Part shown: one piece after another, positions 1 through 7,336 of the stretch | Layout of the letters: the number at the start of each line of letters is the position of its first letter | Position numbering within the stretch: the stretch's first letter is position 1 | DNA from: an uncultured virus (IMG/VR IMGVR_UViG_3300045580_000382) | Lineage: Duplodnaviria > Heunggongvirae > Uroviricota > Caudoviricetes | Direction: 5' to 3' (one strand) | DNA length: 21,201 nucleotides | IMG/VR virus record: IMGVR_UViG_3300045580_000382 | Position numbers and translations under genes: made by a program | The notes under the pieces: model-generated | Seen by the model: only the letters and a program-made list of their open reading frames with translations | The model's database searches: none | Told to the model about the DNA's origin: nothing

Positions 1-1
1 A

Positions 2-127
2 GTCTTCACCTCTACCCTGGCGTCATTCGGTATTGATGCTCAGGCCAAGCAGAATGCTTTAGCCAAACCCACGGCCCGCACGTACAAACCGATAAATCGT
101 AAGAGCAATACTACCAAAGCCAGCTAA
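2..127 (+). CDS. 3' end of a partial small membrane protein gene (VFTSTLASFGIDAQAKQ...KAS*)
   Basis: Open frame from the window edge to TAA at 125-127. VFTSTLASFG resembles, from memory, the 'FIASVFTGTLATFGV' motif of a cyanophage small membrane protein family. Not in the ORF track. Confidence 0.55.
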   Translation, partial: VFTSTLASFGIDAQAKQNALAKPTARTYKPINRKSNTTKAS

Positions 128-844
128 TAAAGGACCAATCCTTTTAACATAATTGTTTAGCTTTTCTTCTAAAGGTAAGCGATCAAAAGTATAAGTATTT
201 TTTAAAGAACGGACATACTCCCAGAGGGGAAGTTGTACATCAGGAGGTACAACAGGATTAAGCCAAGCACTAACTTTCTCTTCTTTATCTTCTACAAGGA
301 ACGTATCATTGTAGATTCTTATACGCTGTATGTTATATTCTCCAGTATAGTCAACTTTTTTATCGCCGATCTGATCTGCAACCCAGAAGGTTACATCAAC
401 TTGGACCCGTTGCCGTGGTGCCTGCAGGAAAGTCATATCTAATTCAACATCACCATTGTGAATTGAGTAGGGTTTAGTGACACCGTTAATACAGATCTGA
501 ATTGCCCCTGGATATAAACTGCTTTTTGTAGGAAACTCTTTACAAGTTAGAGGCTTTGCCATTAACCATGTAGTCCTGGTGAGTACAAAGTAAGGACCAA
601 AGATTAATGTTGTTACAAGTGCACCGACAATTAAGATCTTATTCTTATTTCTACGGATGAGATTTTCTATCTCATCTTTAATGTCTTGTGCCTTACCAGA
701 ATGGAAGACAACAAGATTCCTAAGGGCATAAAGCCTGCGGCGAAAGCCTAGTTCATATTGGTTTTCTTCTGCAGCAAGAATGATTTTATCAATCTTCTGC
801 AGTATTACAACGTGATCCGTGTCAATACTTTGCTGGTTTGGCAC
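59..844 (-). CDS. Hypothetical membrane protein (two hydrophobic segments), AT-rich
   Basis: 261-aa ORF with hydrophobic stretches ILIVGALVTTLIFGPYFVL and IGPLLAGFGSIALTIY; GTG start just downstream of the polymerase gene. Confidence 0.65.
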   Translation of the reverse strand: MPNQQSIDTDHVVILQKIDKIILAAEENQYELGFRRRLYALRNLVVFHSGKAQDIKDEIENLIRRNKNKILIVGALVTTLIFGPYFVLTRTTWLMAKPLTCKEFPTKSSLYPGAIQICINGVTKPYSIHNGDVELDMTFLQAPRQRVQVDVTFWVADQIGDKKVDYTGEYNIQRIRIYNDTFLVEDKEEKVSAWLNPVVPPDVQLPLWEYVRSLKNTYTFDRLPLEEKLNNYVKRIGPLLAGFGSIALTIYRFVRAGRGFG

Positions 845-873
845 GGCTAAATTATTGAAGCTGTTATTCTATT

Positions 874-2721
874 TTAATGAGTTTCTTGCCAATTCTTACC
901 AGTTCGGGCTTCACCTGTTAATGGACATTTAAGCTGGAAGTATTCACCTGACTTACGGAAAGAATCAATAGCTAACTTGATATACAGATCAACATATTCA
1001 GGTTTAACTAAGGACTGATATTCATCATGGACGTGTGCTACAAATCCCCAGTCCTTAGCAAAAACTAATCCTTCATTAGTGAGATCATCGTACAGAATTG
1101 TTGTTGCTTTCTTTACTGCGATAGCTCCTGTGGATTGCAGAAGCTGGTTGAGGGCAGAATGTTTAGAGCGAATCTGTAACCGGCGCCCATCAATACCAGT
1201 GAGATAGCCACGTTGCGTAATGCGATCTTCGATGAGATCTTTAAGCTTCTTGATAGCAGGTAGATTGCTATAGAACGTATCAATAGTTTTCTTACCCTGC
1301 TTGTACTGGGTATCGACACTTTCGTCAGGAGATATAATGGATCCAGTCTTTTTTGCGCCGCCACCATACAAGATGCAATAAATAAGCCGCTTTGAAAGAT
1401 CACGGGTAGCTTTGCTGATCTCACCTACACCATCGTAGATACCAAACAGTTTGGCATTATATGTGTGGATATCAAAACCTTCTGTACTAACTAGCCTGGC
1501 GTACTCACCATCATCAAAGTAAGCAAGCCAGGAACCTAGCGCCCTGAGTTCGAGTCCAGAAGCATCAGCACCAACCAGCAGCCAATCATCAGGAGCATAA
1601 AACAGAGCCCTGCACTCAGCTCCAAAAGCGTGACCAACACTGGGGACTTGAGCCATATTGGGCCGCTTGTGGCTGCATCTGCCGCTAATGCAAGCGTTAG
1701 TAATAACTTCGCCATGAATACGGCCATCGTTATAAATCCTGCAATGCTTTAGCCATGCTTCTTTCCCTTCAGCAATTTGGCCAAGCCTTTTATTAAAGAG
1801 CTGATACTCAGCGAGGAGCTTAGCTTCTGGATACTTCTGACCAAGGATTTCCAGAACATCATCGTCCACTTTTGGCTTGCCTTTCTCCGTGGATTCAAAT
1901 GTAATTTCTGGATACTTAGCAGTAAGTCGTTGCGATATCTGTGTCCTGGAAGCAGGGTTGAATACCGTAACCTCCGTTTTAAGTTGTTTGCCAGTCTTTT
2001 CCGACCAGCGTTCCTTCTCGATTGGCGGGAAGGTTGTTTGCAGTTCATCCTCAAGCTCAGAGCGTCGAGCTTTGAGCGTGTTGACCAACGCATAGGCTGC
2101 CTTTTCATTGAAGGGAAACCCAAATGCTTCCTGCTGTGCCATGACTAAAGCAAATTCATGCTCTAGTTCTAAACACCTGGGATCCAGCTGTTGGCAGGAA
2201 AGATATTCATATAGTCTAGTCGATACTTCTACGTCACCTTCACAATATGTTTGCATTGTTGGCGACCATTTCTCCCATACATTCTCTACTTCATCATTAT
2301 CTTTTTTACTTTCTTCTTTGAAGTTAATCTTACTGACGCCAAGGCGCTCACCCCAGGCGGCAAGGCTGTGACGACCGAAATATTGACGTGGGATATGGGA
2401 GAACTTAGCAGCGTCAACAGGCTCCATCTCAGGGCACATAACCCTGCTGACAACTAGCGTGTCATAGTATTGAACAGTAGATTTTAATTGGAACCTTGGG
2501 TATATTTTTTTGATAGCAGGTATATCAAACTTGATAACATTATGACCAACGATTAATGTTGCTTCTCTTATGAAATCAAGTGCCATCTCTAGGCTGTGAT
2601 AGCCAAGTTGATCGGCACAGCTGATGATATTACCAGTATCTAAATCACGTAGCACGATGCAATGAATTGTGTCCATTGCTGGCAACAATCCATTACTCTC
2701 AAGGTCCAATACTAATCTCAT
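874..2721 (-). CDS. polA: Family A DNA polymerase, T7 gp5-like, with 3'-5' exonuclease
   Basis: ExoI DLESNG, ExoII GHNVIKFD, ExoIII YCEGDV; HSLAAWGERLG; motif A DASGLELR; motif B RDLSKRLIYCILYGGG; motif C HVHDEYQ. Confidence 0.97.
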   Translation of the reverse strand: MRLVLDLESNGLLPAMDTIHCIVLRDLDTGNIISCADQLGYHSLEMALDFIREATLIVGHNVIKFDIPAIKKIYPRFQLKSTVQYYDTLVVSRVMCPEMEPVDAAKFSHIPRQYFGRHSLAAWGERLGVSKINFKEESKKDNDEVENVWEKWSPTMQTYCEGDVEVSTRLYEYLSCQQLDPRCLELEHEFALVMAQQEAFGFPFNEKAAYALVNTLKARRSELEDELQTTFPPIEKERWSEKTGKQLKTEVTVFNPASRTQISQRLTAKYPEITFESTEKGKPKVDDDVLEILGQKYPEAKLLAEYQLFNKRLGQIAEGKEAWLKHCRIYNDGRIHGEVITNACISGRCSHKRPNMAQVPSVGHAFGAECRALFYAPDDWLLVGADASGLELRALGSWLAYFDDGEYARLVSTEGFDIHTYNAKLFGIYDGVGEISKATRDLSKRLIYCILYGGGAKKTGSIISPDESVDTQYKQGKKTIDTFYSNLPAIKKLKDLIEDRITQRGYLTGIDGRRLQIRSKHSALNQLLQSTGAIAVKKATTILYDDLTNEGLVFAKDWGFVAHVHDEYQSLVKPEYVDLYIKLAIDSFRKSGEYFQLKCPLTGEARTGKNWQETH

Positions 2722-2733
2722 ATTGGGATTACC

Positions 2734-2967
2734 TTAGAAGAATTTTTTATAGAGTCGAGCTACGTTAACAATCTCAAGGTTGCCTGCCAGGTCTTTGGCC
2801 TGAAGCATTTGTGAAACATTCTTTGCTTCTGTCAGGTCCGGCAAGCACATTGCTTTGTTTAGTATCTTCGTACTACTTACATCTTGTAAGTGAACGCCGT
2901 CCTTCCCTGGCGTCAGACATAACACCTGGGATAGATCGTAATTGCAAAGGACATAGCCACGTTGCAT
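2734..2967 (-). CDS. Hypothetical protein (MQRGYVLCNYD...)
   Basis: ORF packed between neighbours; ATG at 2967 is preferred because it avoids overlap with the upstream gene. Confidence 0.7.
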   Translation of the reverse strand: MQRGYVLCNYDLSQVLCLTPGKDGVHLQDVSSTKILNKAMCLPDLTEAKNVSQMLQAKDLAGNLEIVNVARLYKKFF

Positions 2968-2971
2968 TGGA

Positions 2972-3250
2972 TCACCCCTGCATCTGTTCAGGAATGGCAC
3001 GCATCAGGAAGATATCCAGTGCAATATGCAGCAGCATCGGTGCCATGATCAGGGACTTACTAGGCAGACCACCAAAGAGAGAAGCCAGTTTGTCAGAGAG
3101 ATCTGTTTTATGTAGCTCTTGAAATTCAATAGAGAACATGTGAGCTATGCTGAGCAAGAAGTCTTCCAGATCTTCGTCAGCGTTCTTGAGGCGCTCTACA
3201 ATTTCCCATAGTTCTGGATCCTTTTGAATAATATCAAGTAGATCGTCCAT
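2972..3250 (-). CDS. Hypothetical acidic helical protein (MDDLLDIIQKDPELW...)
   Basis: Protein-like composition from the ATG at 3250; the N-terminal extension in the track overlaps the plus-strand gene. Confidence 0.7.
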   Translation of the reverse strand: MDDLLDIIQKDPELWEIVERLKNADEDLEDFLLSIAHMFSIEFQELHKTDLSDKLASLFGGLPSKSLIMAPMLLHIALDIFLMRAIPEQMQG

Positions 3251-3253
3251 ACC

Positions 3254-3856
3254 ATGACCTATAAAGTATGCCGCAAGCGTAGCACCAGTACTTTTAAGAT
3301 CAATGATCAATATTGTAAAATCTTTTTTACGCCATTAAAACCTTGGAATGGCGACTACTGGATCTGGGATATAGGTTTTGCTGTTAGCAAATCTAAACGT
3401 CAGCTAAATGATTGGTATGCAAAAAAGAAAAACAAACGCACAAAGAAACTAACCAGTCAGCTGACAGGTAAAGGAGGAATCAGAACCTTAACGGAAGGAT
3501 TACGTACTGTTCTAAAGATGCGCTGGACATTAGAGCCTGGCGATTGTCTATTTCTTGATTGTGAATCCTGTGAACCAGAGAAGCAGTTCAGAGCTTACTG
3601 CCGTTGGTTAAAGGATCATCCGGACTGGCGTGTTGATGTAGAGGGTAAAAGGTTTTGGTGGCACCGCCCGCCTTATGCAGATGATCCTTTGTATGAACTA
3701 GGCAGAATTATTCCAAAGGTTCCGGAAGATCTGCTAGCTCCCGTGGTGGACGCAAACTATTTTCAATCGTTTCTATTTGATCCGTTTCCTGGAGTCCTTG
3801 AAGATATGCTTGGATCCATGGCTCAAACACACTGTCAATCAGACCAGGCTCAATGA
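3254..3856 (+). CDS. Hypothetical Trp/Lys-rich protein, counter-oriented
   Basis: 200-aa ORF filling a gap with no long minus-strand ORF; its C-terminal ~50 codons overlap the 3708-3986 gene. Confidence 0.7.
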   Translation: MTYKVCRKRSTSTFKINDQYCKIFFTPLKPWNGDYWIWDIGFAVSKSKRQLNDWYAKKKNKRTKKLTSQLTGKGGIRTLTEGLRTVLKMRWTLEPGDCLFLDCESCEPEKQFRAYCRWLKDHPDWRVDVEGKRFWWHRPPYADDPLYELGRIIPKVPEDLLAPVVDANYFQSFLFDPFPGVLEDMLGSMAQTHCQSDQAQ

Positions 3857-3986
3857 CATTACAGAGCTGGTAGTAACCAGAACGTAGGGACTCAATGGAA
3901 TCTGCATCACCCACCTGTAGGAGGTGATCAAACATGGCAGCAAGCCAGCGGTTAGGTTCACGCCTGGGGTCAAGCAGTTGGGTCAT
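3708..3986 (-). CDS. Hypothetical protein
   Basis: 92-aa ORF, ATG start, globular composition. Confidence 0.65.
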   Translation of the reverse strand: MTQLLDPRREPNRWLAAMFDHLLQVGDADSIESLRSGYYQLCNVIEPGLIDSVFEPWIQAYLQGLQETDQIETIENSLRPPRELADLPEPLE

Positions 3987-4131
3987 ATCCGGTTCTGTGG
4001 CTCCGTATCAGAAAGCATACTGGCCACTATAAACGATAGGTTAACAATAACAAGGTAACCAACCGGAAGATTAAAGTTAAACAGAAAGATAATATTGATT
4101 AAAAGCCAGAGCAGAAAAACAAGTGTAGAGG

Positions 4132-4362
4132 TCATTCAATTTCAATAATGACACGACGAAGACAGCCGCGACTGTCACGTTGAGCGTAGACAACAAATTC
4201 ACCATCTCCAACTTCAGTATCAACAGAAGTAAACAGATTCCAATTAGGAAGCTGAACAGTATCTGTAGCCGATACTTCGAGATAAGATGGATCAACAAGA
4301 GCGATTGAACCGGAATCACAGGCAACTCTCCCTATGATTTTTGGTTTTGATAATACAGCCAT
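4132..4362 (-). CDS. Small beta-rich protein, DUF4241-like
   Basis: IGRVACDSGSIALVDP and GDGEFVVY match the remembered VDSG...GDGxYPV pattern. Confidence 0.55.
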   Translation of the reverse strand: MAVLSKPKIIGRVACDSGSIALVDPSYLEVSATDTVQLPNWNLFTSVDTEVGDGEFVVYAQRDSRGCLRRVIIEIE

Positions 4363-4551
4363 GGTAGGTTTTTGTAAAGCACATAGAACCTATTATACCA
4401 AGGGGCCGTAGAAGAACTACGCCAGGCCCTGGGGAGCAGAAGTTTTTGTAGTTTCCTTCTGCTGGTAAGTGAACAGCCCTGCCGTGTAGCTATCGGTGGG
4501 GCTGCGCCCCAATCTTAATGCTAATTTAAGAAGTAATGTTACCCGATAAGC

Positions 4552-4567
4552 TGTAACAATTACTACA
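4552..4567 (+). promoter_or_regulatory. NtcA-binding site TGTA-N8-TACA upstream of a -10 element (TACAGT, 4574-4579)
   Basis: TGTAACAATTACTACA is a perfect GTA-N8-TAC with T/A flanks, 33 nt upstream of the DUF4278 ATG. Confidence 0.75.
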
Positions 4568-4600
4568 TTTATATACAGTTAATTGTATGTGGCAAGTGCC

Positions 4601-4753
4601 ATGACTCAATTAACTTATCGCGGTGTTTCTTATAACAAAGAAGAGGAAGCACTCAAGAATCGTAACTGGTGGAACCTTGCTCACCGACCCACGTTGTGGT
4701 TGAGCTATCGCGGTGAGAAGTATCGTCCTATCCAGACTGGCGGACTGTTGTAA
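4601..4753 (+). CDS. DUF4278-family small protein (50 aa)
   Basis: MTQLTYRGVSYNKEEEALKNRNWWNLAHRPTLWLSYRGEKYRPIQTGGLL has two L-x-YRG-x-x-Y motifs; below the ORF-track cutoff. Confidence 0.85.
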   Translation: MTQLTYRGVSYNKEEEALKNRNWWNLAHRPTLWLSYRGEKYRPIQTGGLL

Positions 4754-4756
4754 CAG

Positions 4757-5050
4757 TAGAGGATCCCGTTCACGGGTTTTAAATAAGGGTCGGCCCTTAT
4801 TCCTCTATCTGCTTCATCGTTGACATCACAGCTTCCACTCTGTGATATCGACACCCAGTAGCGCTACTGGACGGTCTGATCAGAACCAGTGAAATTATAA
4901 AAGAAATGTGTTCTAGTATGCAAGCTCCACTTATTTTTGTGGAGCGTTACCCGCAGCTCAGATGTGGTTAAGGTCAGAGCCTCGAGAAGCCTGACTGAAT
5001 CTGAGAAGAGTTGTGCCCCTAGGACTTCCACTCCTGGGGACACATCTTCT
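4757..5050. ncRNA. Putative structured non-coding element (at least 6 consecutive stem-loops)
   Basis: TAGAGGA..TCCTCTA three-way junction; ATCACAG/CTGTGAT; CCAGTAGCGCTACTGG; GCTCCAC/GTGGAGC; CTCAGAT..ATCTGAG enclosing GTCAG/CTGAC; AGAAGA..TCTTCT hairpin; no credible ORF. Confidence 0.5.
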
Positions 5051-5106
5051 TGTGTAAAAGGTTGGCCGGTGGTGGGTCCTCAGCTATAGTATTTGGATTT
5101 AGAGAA

Positions 5107-5589
5107 ATGGACAAACTACAAATCCTACAAGAGTATTTAGAGCTTGATCCCAAAGTGCCTAGCGGTCTTCGGTGGAAAAAATCTACTAGTAATTCTATTA
5201 AAGTTGGAAACCCCGCTGGAAGCTGTGATTCCCGTGGCTACTATAAACTGCAATTACTTGGTCATCATTATAAATGTCATCGAATTATACTTCTACTTAA
5301 TAATATTTTTCCACCAGAAGGTTATACTCAAGTAGATCACATTGATCGCAACCCAAGCAATAATTTAATATCAAATCTTAGATGGGCGACTCCATCACTT
5401 AATACAAGAAACTGCAAGGTAACCGGAGAAATACCATATCGATATGTAAGGCGCAAAAAATCTGGACGTTTTGAATCACAATATAAACATCCAATAACAA
5501 AAGAAAAGATTTATGTTGGTGTTTATGTTGAAGCAACAATAGCTTACAAGGAAGCACTAGCACACAGGCTAGAAAATCATTGGATCTAA
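5107..5589 (+). CDS. Free-standing HNH homing endonuclease (HNH_3 type, AP2-like C-terminus)
   Basis: SGLRWK, AGS..GYY, HRII, VDHIDRNPSNNLISNLRWAT..N, IYVGVY; likely start ATG 5107 (MDKLQ). Confidence 0.92.
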   Translation: MDKLQILQEYLELDPKVPSGLRWKKSTSNSIKVGNPAGSCDSRGYYKLQLLGHHYKCHRIILLLNNIFPPEGYTQVDHIDRNPSNNLISNLRWATPSLNTRNCKVTGEIPYRYVRRKKSGRFESQYKHPITKEKIYVGVYVEATIAYKEALAHRLENHWI

Positions 5590-5591
5590 TA

Positions 5592-5679
5592 GGGGTGGCC
5601 GGTGACCAGGGCTCACGCACCACTGGCCTCGCTGCAGCCGGCCGCTACAGACGCCTAGAGCTTTAATAAAGATCTAGAA
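5592..5679. ncRNA. GC-rich structured motif (bulged long hairpin plus a second hairpin)
   Basis: GTGGCCGG pairs with CCGGCCGC and encloses CCAG/CTGG; followed by a CTAGA..TCTAG hairpin; lies between convergent genes. Confidence 0.45.
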
Positions 5680-5681
5680 CG

Positions 5682-6617
5682 TCATACTAGCAGCGCCTCC
5701 CGGGGTGCCGTGGCTGCCTGCTGGTGTTGATCCACCGTCTTAATGATCTCTTCATAGGCACGGAAGATCCGGTCACCTGACTTGAGGAGATCTGCTACCA
5801 CATCATCAGACGCAGTGTTGTGAGAAATAATATAAGTAAAGCTCCGACTACCAAGATCCACGCCGTAGTAAGAGCAAACAAGATAAGCAACTGACTCTGC
5901 TTCCAATTCTTTGATGGAGGAGGAGTCATGTTCCTGATACTCATCACGGTTGTGAAGGATGGCATGTCCCAACTCATGAGCCATGACACTGACTGCTGTG
6001 ATCTCATTGAGTTCACTGCTGATCTCAATCTTGCTGGCGCGGCCCTGATTAGCAAACCAGCAGCGGCCTAGTGCAGAACCAAGATCAGTTGCAGAACAAC
6101 GCTGCACCTCAACGCTACGGCGTTTAGCAACGGCAACCATACCATCCATGACATGAGAGGAAATGTCTCCCTCTAGCTGTGCCATCATGGTGCTGGTGTC
6201 TGGTTCAGGGATTGGATCTCCCTCTGTTTGATGATGGTCGTAAACTTTAACGCCACGGAAACGAATCGGTATTTGTTCGGCGCTACCGTCTGCACGCCGG
6301 ATAACCTGACCGCTATCGTCAGTTTTATTAATCAAGATTGGCGCCAAGATCCAGATCGGATTGGTAAATTCACCCTTCTTAAGTTGCCGATTAAACTTCT
6401 CGTTCCACTTACGAATGCCCGCAACAAATGGGCTGAACGACCAGCCACGCTTGTGTTGCGCCATCATAATGAGGAGCTTGTTGTTGAAACTATAGTCATG
6501 TATGCACCTGATAGCAGAAAGAAAGCCGGTCCAATCCTTAGAATCAAGAACAGATTGAATGCCATCCTTCAAAGCTTCAAGAGCTTTTTCTGGAACCTTT
6601 GGTAGTTTGTTGTCCAT
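5682..6617 (-). CDS. ArdC-like protein: N-terminal ssDNA-binding domain plus zincin-type metallopeptidase domain
   Basis: YSFNNKLLI, VAGIRKW..RQLKKGE, IWILAP, VYDHHQTEG (ArdC-N pattern); AHELGH (HExxH) and ELEAESVAYLVC. Confidence 0.88.
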   Translation of the reverse strand: MDNKLPKVPEKALEALKDGIQSVLDSKDWTGFLSAIRCIHDYSFNNKLLIMMAQHKRGWSFSPFVAGIRKWNEKFNRQLKKGEFTNPIWILAPILINKTDDSGQVIRRADGSAEQIPIRFRGVKVYDHHQTEGDPIPEPDTSTMMAQLEGDISSHVMDGMVAVAKRRSVEVQRCSATDLGSALGRCWFANQGRASKIEISSELNEITAVSVMAHELGHAILHNRDEYQEHDSSSIKELEAESVAYLVCSYYGVDLGSRSFTYIISHNTASDDVVADLLKSGDRIFRAYEEIIKTVDQHQQAATAPREALLV

Positions 6618-6640
6618 CGTGGTGTGTGCAAATACGTTTT

Positions 6641-7099
6641 TTAATTGACAAATTTTTCAACAGCGCTTATTGCTTCTTCCTCTGATTTAAAGTTACCTAA
6701 AAACTTACGTTTACCTTCTATACGAGGGCCTCTTGCTTTCCAAACATTATTTGAACGGTCATAGTAAACATATTTACAAGATTTGTACCTCTGACAGTTT
6801 TTAGTATTTTCAGATTGTGTTATTTGACGCAAGTTTTCTATTTTGTTATTTGAAGGGTTATTATCTTTGTGATCAATAACTAAATTTTTATCAAGATTAT
6901 TACCATGCCAAACCCATATCAAACGATGAAGAAGATATTGACAATTCTCAAAGCAAACTTGATAGTATCCGTCTGCTCTTAAAATACCTATGGATTTATT
7001 TGTTTCTTTACATATCAAAAATCCGTCTTTGTAATCAAATCGTTCTTTTAATTCTTTAGTTGAAGGACATTTTTTCCGAAAATCAGGGTTAAAAGTCAT
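6641..7099 (-). CDS. Free-standing HNH homing endonuclease with AP2-like tail
   Basis: LKERFDYKDG, LLHRLIWVWH, IDHKDNNPSNNKIENLRQITQSEN, FLGNFKSEEEA; much more AT-rich than its neighbours. Confidence 0.93.
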   Translation of the reverse strand: MTFNPDFRKKCPSTKELKERFDYKDGFLICKETNKSIGILRADGYYQVCFENCQYLLHRLIWVWHGNNLDKNLVIDHKDNNPSNNKIENLRQITQSENTKNCQRYKSCKYVYYDRSNNVWKARGPRIEGKRKFLGNFKSEEEAISAVEKFVN

Positions 7100-7147
7100 A
7101 GTAGAAACTAAAACAACCTGGGACTTATCCTTACGGTGCCCAGGTCA

Positions 7148-7309
7148 TCAAAAGATTGTTGATTGTTTATACTTTATTCTTTCTGGAACATGCTCTAATG
7201 CCTGGCGGATAATCCTGAGTGACGTTGTGTACTCACGAGTATCTGGCTGGCCATAGACTAGGTTTAACCAGTGAGCTAAAGCAAGATCCTTGAGGTTGTC
7301 ATCCTCCAT
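7148..7309 (-). CDS. Small hypothetical protein (53 aa, MEDDNLKDLALAHW...IIRQALEHVP)
   Basis: Manually translated; resembles the C-terminus of 8632-8985 (LKEQAL...IILNAIECLPD). Confidence 0.6.
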   Translation of the reverse strand: MEDDNLKDLALAHWLNLVYGQPDTREYTTSLRIIRQALEHVPERIKYKQSTIF

Positions 7310-7336
7310 GACCCAGCAGCAGGGGGCTGATCTATC

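Noticed and set aside
1113..2457. Alternative-frame ORFs inside the polymerase gene
   Set aside because: Shadow ORFs of a well-supported gene
4400..4600. Glutamine riboswitch (glnA / Downstream-peptide) upstream of DUF4278
   Set aside because: No CGUU...GAAGGAACG-type signature seen, and the implied 5' UTR is only about 15 nt
5050..5106. N-terminal extension of the HNH ORF from TTG 5050
   Set aside because: Runs through the structured motif; ATG 5107 matches the typical family start
5597..5650. HDV-like/theta ribozyme (GGCCGGT...ACTGGCC resembles P1)
   Set aside because: No G(G) after the P1 3' strand for P1.1 and no downstream P2 partner
4757..5680. Group I intron carrying the HNH gene
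   Set aside because: No recognisable P7/J8-7 core and no interrupted exon ORF on either side
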